IMG/VR virus record: IMGVR_UViG_3300037400_006508
Coordinates: 79,526 to 143,525 of that record
Direction: 5' to 3' (one strand)
Source of the DNA: a virus
Taxonomy: Duplodnaviria; Caudoviricetes
Length of the DNA: 64,000 nucleotides
The notes below the pieces were generated by a model. It did no database searches. It was not told where the DNA came from and saw only the letters and a program-made list of their open reading frames with translations. The position numbers and the translations under genes are program-made. Of this stretch, positions 17,001 to 22,650 are shown in pieces. Positions within the stretch are counted from its first letter, which is position 1. The number at the start of each line of letters is the position of its first letter.

Positions 17001-18480
17001 TCTTCCCGAACCGGAATCTCCGTTCATCTACAAGAAGTTTCTCAATACGCTCAGGGCCGGCGGCATCAACGTAGTCGAGAAGGGAAATATCACCAAGATC
17101 ATACCGCAGACCGACAAGGATGTCGAACAGCTCGCGAACGGCCGGGTCATATCGTCGTCCGAGATGGTCGATTCGTCGTTCGATCCCGTAAAGGGCGGTT
17201 TGTTCGATCTTGGAAAGACCGGCGGAATGGCCGGCAACCAGTGGTCGATGATCGAACTTCCGGAGCCGGTTCCGAATCCGATAATGGAGGAGCCGGTCAG
17301 GAGGGTTCTCGGTCTTACCGTGTCCAAGATGGAGGATGTTCTTGCCGGAAGAGAGAAGATCGACGGAAAGACCGGCGGCGAGGCGCTGAAGTCCGCGTTG
17401 GCGAAGGTTGACGTCGACAAGAAGATCGCCGACGCGAAGAGGGACATACTCGGCCAGCGTGGGGCGAAGAGAGACGACGCCGTCAAGGTATATAGGTACC
17501 TGACGGCCATGAAGGAGCAGGGTCTCAGCCCGCAGGATTGGATGGTGTCGAAGGTTCCCGTCATACCGCCTGCGTTCAGGCCGGTGTCCAAGATGGGAGA
17601 CGTAGCCCTTGTGTCCGACATGAACGACCTGTACAAGGACATCATAGAGAACGCGAACAACTTCAGGGAGCTGAAGAAAGACGTTTCCGACGAAGGCGTT
17701 GCCGACGAGAGGATCAATATATACAACTCCGTCAAGGCCGCGTACGGCCTGGGACAGCCGATCACGCCGGAGAACGCCGCAAAGGGCGTCAAGGGCGCAC
17801 TGAGGCAGGTCATCGGGTCGAGTCCGAAGTTCGGACAGTTCCAGTCGAAGGTTCTATCGAAAACGCTCGATAACGTAGGGCGCGGCGTCGTGACGCCGGA
17901 TCCGAATTTGGACATGAACCAGGTTGGAGTTCCGGAGAACATGGCCTGGGAGATGTACAAGCCGTATGTGTTGCGAGGGCTCGTGCGGACGGGATATCCG
18001 TCGGCCACCGCCGTTAAAATGGTCGCCGACAAGACGGATACGGCCAGGCATATACTGGAGAAGGAGATGGAGGAGCGTCCTATCATCATGGATCGCGCCC
18101 CGACGTGGCACAAGTTCAATTTCCTTGCCTTCACTCCGCATATAACGCAGGACGAAACGATACGCGTATGTCCTCTTATAGTAAGCGGGTTCAACATGGA
18201 CTTTGACGGTGACACGGTGAACATGCACGTACCGTCGTCACAGAAGGCGGTTGACCAGGCCAAGCGCATAATGATGCCGTCGGAGAATTTGATTTCTACC
18301 ACCGACCTTTCCTCTCCCATGCACTCCCCGTCGAAGGAGCAGATCTTTGGGCTGTACGCCGCTACGTCGAAGGTGAACCAGAAGCCAGTCAAGGTGTTCA
18401 ACACCGTTTCCGAGGCCAAGAGGGCGTATGCGGCCGGCGAGATAGAGATGAACGACCCGATAGAGATTCTACAGAAATGA
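14098..18480 (+). CDS. rpoB: DNA-directed RNA polymerase, fused beta + N-terminal beta' (RpoB-RpoC1-like)
   Basis: Beta motifs: PYWTDRGTIINNGSE..TQSRLRPGV, NPLS..RIS, GPESGRIG, GYSFEDA, GDKLSGRFGLKGVV, NPMGFLSR, HHLAEKK, WAMLSHGA. Then beta' motifs: GGLFD, IELPEP, VPVIPPAFRP, SDMNDLY, GRGVVTP, DRAPTWH, and catalytic NMDFDGD (18193-18213). Confidence 0.95.
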   Translation: MADGLPEGLREFDDAKATRKLIYDNVLSAVQKRFPVEDDNYRLELLDARYGGPQEYTLAQQKNAILRNRNLRTPIVGKWRLTDKKTGQVLDEREDQVMQVPYWTDRGTIINNGSEYTVITQSRLRPGVYARRKTNGGLEAQFNIDPRTGHSFRIGLNQQTGVFDVSVGQGHIPLYQVLRGLGVDDKEIIRNWGADLTAANAQKSDPQAWRKLYERMAGYRADPNLTDADRMEYVRNGLTSYKVDPDIVERTMGLRNVSGVTPQLLMRASQKLLNISRGDEKPDNRDNPRFSAYYSIEDFLKERVDKDAGRLTKSLLFRARRNRNLKGVRRDALAPYVDAFIQGSGLAMPGEEANPLSTLEQMSRISKFGEGGIQSEEAVTMSAREVNGDYLGFVDPVAGPESGRIGVDVRATYHTYKGKDNKIYGEFLDAKTGKTAYVDIGTAADRKIAFPGQDMSKPYVYIMKDGVPQMAPTSEVQYIVPNYGRVVGSNTNMNPFPTAVQPNRQFYASKFWTQYLPQAKGEVPLVDSLMPDGKQTWSEYYGRKVGAVKSDVDGVVTRVTDDSVTIKDNTGKTHKVELVKNLPFNRLSGISFSPSVEVGQDVKSGDMIAHSNFTDKKTGAINMGQNLHAAIIPYRGYSFEDAHVISESAAKRLATDRLYSFDHDSRNGVILDKKKYISAFPSKFTKDQIETLDDNGLVKPGTILHRGDPIVTSLGPKVLTSSDKALGKLSKALRNSYTDRTETWEHDYEGKVVDAVRTAGGAKVNVVAQPPVRAGDKLSGRFGLKGVVGKVVPDDEMPRDATTNQPYDMLINPMGFLSRVAPGQIMEMAMGKVAKATGKQVRIPQLPPPEGWYEWTKNQLAQNNLTDSANVFDPTTGKTINNIGDGYLFISAFHHLAEKKESMRGAGDAAYTQDEQPAKGGKTGAKRSSGLDNWAMLSHGATDVLKDAVLIRGTRNDNYWNSLKLGLPLPEPESPFIYKKFLNTLRAGGINVVEKGNITKIIPQTDKDVEQLANGRVISSSEMVDSSFDPVKGGLFDLGKTGGMAGNQWSMIELPEPVPNPIMEEPVRRVLGLTVSKMEDVLAGREKIDGKTGGEALKSALAKVDVDKKIADAKRDILGQRGAKRDDAVKVYRYLTAMKEQGLSPQDWMVSKVPVIPPAFRPVSKMGDVALVSDMNDLYKDIIENANNFRELKKDVSDEGVADERINIYNSVKAAYGLGQPITPENAAKGVKGALRQVIGSSPKFGQFQSKVLSKTLDNVGRGVVTPDPNLDMNQVGVPENMAWEMYKPYVLRGLVRTGYPSATAVKMVADKTDTARHILEKEMEERPIIMDRAPTWHKFNFLAFTPHITQDETIRVCPLIVSGFNMDFDGDTVNMHVPSSQKAVDQAKRIMMPSENLISTTDLSSPMHSPSKEQIFGLYAATSKVNQKPVKVFNTVSEAKRAYAAGEIEMNDPIEILQK

Positions 18481-18650
18481 AGAAGTACGATCTTAGTTAC
18501 CATATCTTGTTGAAGATGGCCGGTCTTGAGAAGGACGCATGGCCGTGGAGCAGCCGTGCGCCCGCGTTCGACTATTCCAAGGCGCAGATAGACACGTCGG
18601 TCGGCAACAACGCGTATAGAAGCTTCAACAAAGCGTACGCCGGTGCGTGA
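18477..18650 (+). CDS. 57-aa KxA-type small protein (absent from the supplied ORF track)
   Basis: ATGA overlap with RNAP stop. Translates MKKYDLSYHILLKMAGLEKDAWPWSSRAPAFDYSKAQIDTSVGNNAYRSFNKAYAGA. Fills the gap to the next gene. Confidence 0.65.
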   Translation: MKKYDLSYHILLKMAGLEKDAWPWSSRAPAFDYSKAQIDTSVGNNAYRSFNKAYAGA

Positions 18651-18662
18651 TTGGGGGCTAAA

Positions 18663-19148
18663 ATGACACCATACGAACTTGGTTTTTTGAAAACTGCGCG
18701 GGCCAAGCTGTCTGACAGCGACGTGGAAGCCTTGCGCGAGATGATGGCGCAGCAGAAGGAGAACGCGAGGCAGCGCGAGCTGCGTCGTACCGCAAGGTTC
18801 GACAAGAACCGCAAGGAGCGCGTAAGGGATGCGAAGAACTACATGATGATAATCCTCGGCCTTGCCGGATTCATGGGCGGAAGGCTTGCGGGAGGCGCAA
18901 TCGGAAAGTCGATCGGACAGCCCGGAGACATGACGCACAACAAGGGTGCTCTCATCGGGTCGCTGTCTGGGTTGGTTGCCGGAGGAATAGGCGGACGTTA
19001 CTTCGGAGAAGGGGCAGGAAACAGGACCGCCGACAGGATGGAGCAGATCGAGAAGGACACCGGGATACGAGTCAACGAGCAGGAGACGGAGAACCTGGCC
19101 CGCACGACGAACAACCTGATGCTCTACAACACGTTTTTCAAACACTAG
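18663..19148 (+). CDS. glycine-zipper 2TM protein with MTPYELGFLKTA leader
   Basis: ATG at 18663. Leader matches the family. ILGLAGFMGGRLAGGAIG...GALIGSLSGLVAGGIGG. Confidence 0.75.
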   Translation: MTPYELGFLKTARAKLSDSDVEALREMMAQQKENARQRELRRTARFDKNRKERVRDAKNYMMIILGLAGFMGGRLAGGAIGKSIGQPGDMTHNKGALIGSLSGLVAGGIGGRYFGEGAGNRTADRMEQIEKDTGIRVNEQETENLARTTNNLMLYNTFFKH

Positions 19149-19178
19149 TTGCCTACATCGGCACATTTTTGGTAAAGT
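19149..19178 (+). promoter_or_regulatory. sigma70-like promoter TTGCCT-N18-TAAAGT with extended -10 TGG
   Basis: Intergenic. Followed by AAGGAAGG RBS and ATG at 19205. Confidence 0.55.
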
Positions 19179-19204
19179 AGATGTCAAGCAAGGAAGGACA
19201 CAAC

Positions 19205-19747
19205 ATGTTCGACTACAAAGGATACAAGGAACTTCAGGACGTACTGTCCAAGAAGGCCCAGTTCGTGCCGATGGGCGGAGACCCTGCGGCGGGTGGAATG
19301 CCTCCGGGCGATCCGGCGGCTGGTGGAATGCCTCCGGGCGATCCGGCTGCGATGGGCGGCGCGATGCCTCCTGACGCCGGTGGAATGCCTCCGGTAGATC
19401 CCGCCGCAATGGGAGGAGACCCCATGGCCGGTGGAATGCCGCCGGTGGATCCGGCGATGATGGGAGGGGCGATGCCGCCAGGGGCCGATCCAATGGCCGG
19501 TATGCCCGATCCTGCGGCTGGCGACGTTTCTCCGTCAGGTGAGCCGTACATGAAGATAACGCCGACGCAGCTCAGCAAGCTGTTCAAGCAGTTCGCAGAG
19601 GTGTTCAAGAGCGTGCTTGGAATACAGCAGCCGGCCGGTGCTGCTCCGGCGGCTCCGGCGGCTCCGCAGCAGGATCCTAATCTAGCGGCGAAAGTCACCG
19701 AAGTCGACGCGAAGCTCAATGCTCTAATAAACCAGATCGGAGGTTAA
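19205..19747 (+). CDS. low-complexity Gly/Pro/Met-rich putative internal head protein
   Basis: MFDYKGYKELQDVLSKKAQ, then GGDPAAGGMPP repeats and a short C-terminal coiled coil. Confidence 0.75.
   Translation: MFDYKGYKELQDVLSKKAQFVPMGGDPAAGGMPPGDPAAGGMPPGDPAAMGGAMPPDAGGMPPVDPAAMGGDPMAGGMPPVDPAMMGGAMPPGADPMAGMPDPAAGDVSPSGEPYMKITPTQLSKLFKQFAEVFKSVLGIQQPAGAAPAAPAAPQQDPNLAAKVTEVDAKLNALINQIGG
19271..19522 (+). repeat. degenerate tandem repeat encoding (G)DPAA(M)GGMPP units
   Basis: ggtggaatgcc recurs, two of them as 30-nt units ggtggaatgcctccgggcgatccggc. Confidence 0.85.
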
Positions 19748-19751
19748 TTAC

Positions 19752-20729
19752 ATGAAGAGGGAAAATCTTGTCAAGATCGCATCTGCCGTACGCAGGCGCC
19801 AGTGCAAGAACGCGCTATTGAAGGTTGCGCAGAAGTACAGTTTTACCCCGACTGGCGCCGGGGAAGACACGGATGCAATAGCTGCAGCCAAGGCGGAAGA
19901 ACTCAGGAGGCAGATGATTGATGCCGATGTCGCCGAGGAGAGAGCGCAGGAGGCGGCAAGAAAAGCGCAGGAAGAAGCGGATACCAGGGCTTTTATGCGG
20001 GAACACGAACTGGATAAGATAAAAAGTCCGTGGGATAAACCACAATCAGACTTGTCCGCAAACGCTATTTACGACGTAGATCCGGAGGAACCAATAGACT
20101 GGAATAGTCCGGAGTTCAAGGAGCTTTCAAATCTTACGCCGAATGAAACCGATTGGCCTGTAGGCATCGTTGCCATGGATTCAAATGGCAGGATCAGACC
20201 CACAATGCCAGCGGAGCAGGCCTCCGAGATAGTAAAAAATCTTAATCTTCCAAAACCTGCACCGGAAGCAAAACCTGCCCCTGCAGCAAAACCTGCCCCT
20301 GCAGCAAAACCTGCACCTGCCGCAGCTCCTGCAGCAAAACCTGCACCTGCCGCAGCTCCTGCAGCAAAACCTGCACCTGCCGCAGCTCCTGCAGCAGCAG
20401 CCCCTGCAGCAGCCCCTGCAGCAGCCCCTGCAGCGAAGCCGAATAAGGCGCCGTCTGCCTGGTCGAAGGGCCTGTCGTCAATCAGAAGCGGTCTTTCAGA
20501 CGTAGGAAACGCAATCGGATCTGCAGCCGGATCACCGGTTGGACGCGGAATAGCGGCGGGCGGAGTTGCAGGTGCCGTCCTCCTCGCGCTCAGCGAAATG
20601 AACAAGAAGAAGGAGCGTAGGAATTATCTTCGTAGCGCCATCCTTGGACTTCTTGCCGGCGGAATGTTCGGTGCCGCCGCGGGGCATTATGCCCCAGGGG
20701 CGTTTACCGCCAAGCCAACCACGGCGTAG
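19752..20729 (+). CDS. KxA-leader protein with PAPAAK linker and C-terminal glycine-zipper TM hairpin
   Basis: MKRENLVKIAS...LLKVAQ. AP-rich repeat. GIAAGGVAGAVLLAL...AILGLLAGGMFGAAAG. Confidence 0.75.
   Translation: MKRENLVKIASAVRRRQCKNALLKVAQKYSFTPTGAGEDTDAIAAAKAEELRRQMIDADVAEERAQEAARKAQEEADTRAFMREHELDKIKSPWDKPQSDLSANAIYDVDPEEPIDWNSPEFKELSNLTPNETDWPVGIVAMDSNGRIRPTMPAEQASEIVKNLNLPKPAPEAKPAPAAKPAPAAKPAPAAAPAAKPAPAAAPAAKPAPAAAPAAAAPAAAPAAAPAAKPNKAPSAWSKGLSSIRSGLSDVGNAIGSAAGSPVGRGIAAGGVAGAVLLALSEMNKKKERRNYLRSAILGLLAGGMFGAAAGHYAPGAFTAKPTTA
20255..20436 (+). repeat. tandem repeats encoding (A)KPAPAA / AKPAPAAAPA / APAA
   Basis: gcaaaacctgcccctgca 18-mers, 30-nt gcaaaacctgcacctgccgcagctcctgca units, and 12-nt gcagcccctgca units. 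Confidence 0.9.
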
Positions 20730-20731
20730 AG

Positions 20732-22591
20732 ATGCCGACAACGATCGGCCAGATCTACGTAAATGAAGCCCTTCCTCCGGAGTACCGTGACTACAACAGG
20801 GTCATGGGCGCTCCGGAGATGAAGGGCATTCTGACCGACATAATCAATAACCACCCGGACAAGTACAGGGAGGTATCGGCCGCCCTCATGCGAGCAGGAA
20901 ACAAGTTCGCGTACGAGGGAGGTACGACCCTTAGGCTGTCCGACGTGGCTCCGCCCTTTGACAGAAAGCCGCTGTACGCGTCGATAGAGAAGGCCGAGAA
21001 CGCGATACGTTCATCCAGGCTGTCCGACGACGAGAAGAACGAGCAGCTTAAGTCCCTCTACGAAAAGGCGTACGAAGCCATAAAGGGCGATACGTACGAC
21101 GTGGCTCTTGCCGCCAACAATCCGTTCGCCCTGCAGGTGAAGTCGAAGGCGAGAGGCGACCCAAACCAGTTGTCGGCCATGCTGTCAACGCCAGGCGTGT
21201 ATGCGAACAGCAAGGGCGAGACGATCCCCATGTTCATCAAGCATAGCTACGCGGAGGGGCTTTCACCGGCGGAGATATGGGCCGGAGCGTACGGCGCCAG
21301 ACTAGGAACAGTGTCGACGAAGTTCGCGACGAGGCAGGCCGGAGAGCTTGGAAAGCTCCTTACGTCCGCGTCGATCGATCAGGTAGTTACGGAGGATGAC
21401 TGCGGTACGATCAACGGGATGCCGGCAAGCGTTGACGACAACGACAACATAGGCGCCCTTCTGGCGTCTCCAGCCGGCGGATACGATGCCGGTACGATCA
21501 TAACGAAATCGGTTCTGTCCGATATAAGGAAGTCGGGCGCCACCGACATACTGGTCAGGTCTCCGATAACATGCGGTGCCAAGAACGGGGTATGTTCGCA
21601 TTGCGCCGGGGTCAGGGAGACCGGAGGCCTTCCGCCCGTCGGGTACAACCTCGGTACGAACGCTGCGGCGGCTCTAGCCGAGAGGCTGGCCCAGGGTTCT
21701 TTGAACGTAAAGCACAGCGGAAAGAAGAACAAGGGCGCCGGACAGTACCAGGGGTTCGAGATGATCAAGCGCATGGCGACGGTGCCGAAGAACTATGCGG
21801 ACCGCGCCACCGTTGCCGAGCTGGACGGAACGGTCGACAAGATAGTCAACGCCCCCCAGGGAGGCCATTTCGTAGTAATAGGCGACCAAAAGCACTATGT
21901 TCCTTCCGGGTATGACATTCTGGTCAAGGAGGGCGATTCCGTCGAGGCGGGAGACCAGCTTTCTGATGGGGTCATCAGTCCGGCCGACGCCGTCAGGCTC
22001 AAAGGCATCGGCGAAGGCCGCAGGTACTTTGCGAACAGGTTCACGAAGGCGTTCAGGGATTCGGGCTACGCCGTGAACAGAAGGAACGCCGAGGCCGTCG
22101 CAAAGGCGCTCATAAACAATGTGGTGGTCGAGAGCGAGGACGCCGAGGCGCAGATGCTGCCGGGCGATACCGTCACCTACGGCAGATGGTCATGGGGATA
22201 CAAGCCGCGTCCGAATTCGACGCAGCTGTCGCCGAAGGCGGCGATAGGGCAGTATCTCGAACAGCCGGCCCTTCACTATACGATAGGCACCAGGATCACA
22301 AAGAAGGTCGCGGACGAGCTTACGAAGTTCAAGGTACCGGCCGTGTTGGCGAACAAGTCGGCCGTCGGAGTACGTCCGGAGATGCAGTCCGTCGTGCAGA
22401 CGACAGGAAACACCGACGACTGGATGGCGAGGCTGGGCACCACGTATCTCGGCAAGAGACTGACGGAGGACGTACAGCGCGGCGCCGAGTCCAACGTCCA
22501 TGGGACGAATCCGTACCCCGGTATAGCGAAGGGTACCGAGTTCGGACAATGGGGTTCGCCCGGACACAGGGACGGGCCGTACTATTACTAG
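20732..22591 (+). CDS. rpoC: DNA-directed RNA polymerase beta' C-terminal half (RpoC2-like)
   Basis: KSKARG..QL (SGARG), SYAEGLS..GAYGARLG (bridge helix), EDDCGT, VRSPITC..GVCSHCAG (Zn site), trigger loop AQGSLNVKH, sandwich-barrel hybrid VKEGDSVEAGDQLSDG. Confidence 0.93.
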   Translation: MPTTIGQIYVNEALPPEYRDYNRVMGAPEMKGILTDIINNHPDKYREVSAALMRAGNKFAYEGGTTLRLSDVAPPFDRKPLYASIEKAENAIRSSRLSDDEKNEQLKSLYEKAYEAIKGDTYDVALAANNPFALQVKSKARGDPNQLSAMLSTPGVYANSKGETIPMFIKHSYAEGLSPAEIWAGAYGARLGTVSTKFATRQAGELGKLLTSASIDQVVTEDDCGTINGMPASVDDNDNIGALLASPAGGYDAGTIITKSVLSDIRKSGATDILVRSPITCGAKNGVCSHCAGVRETGGLPPVGYNLGTNAAAALAERLAQGSLNVKHSGKKNKGAGQYQGFEMIKRMATVPKNYADRATVAELDGTVDKIVNAPQGGHFVVIGDQKHYVPSGYDILVKEGDSVEAGDQLSDGVISPADAVRLKGIGEGRRYFANRFTKAFRDSGYAVNRRNAEAVAKALINNVVVESEDAEAQMLPGDTVTYGRWSWGYKPRPNSTQLSPKAAIGQYLEQPALHYTIGTRITKKVADELTKFKVPAVLANKSAVGVRPEMQSVVQTTGNTDDWMARLGTTYLGKRLTEDVQRGAESNVHGTNPYPGIAKGTEFGQWGSPGHRDGPYYY

Positions 22592-22596
22592 GCAAA

Positions 22597-22625
22597 TTGC
22601 AACAAGTTGTTTCTTTTGGTACGAT
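22597..22625 (+). promoter_or_regulatory. sigma70-like promoter TTGCAA-N17-TACGAT with extended -10 TGG
   Basis: AT-rich intergenic gap with canonical spacing. Confidence 0.65.
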
Positions 22626-22650
22626 GAAATAAATCCGAAGGGGATAAGGG

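Noticed and set aside
20255-20436. Short tandem repeats resembling a CRISPR array or origin iterons (also 19271-19522)
   Set aside because: No unique spacers. Unit lengths are multiples of 3 and encode in-frame low-complexity linkers.
18481-20731. Intron or intein explaining the split of beta'
   Set aside because: The gap holds four ordinary ORFs with family leaders and a promoter. No homing endonuclease or intein terminal motifs. Both RNAP ORFs have clean starts and stops.
14098-22591. Host chromosomal rpoBC operon or chimeric assembly
   Set aside because: No ribosomal protein or nusG context. Sequences are strongly diverged, and the genes are translationally coupled to phage-type neighbours with the same codon usage.
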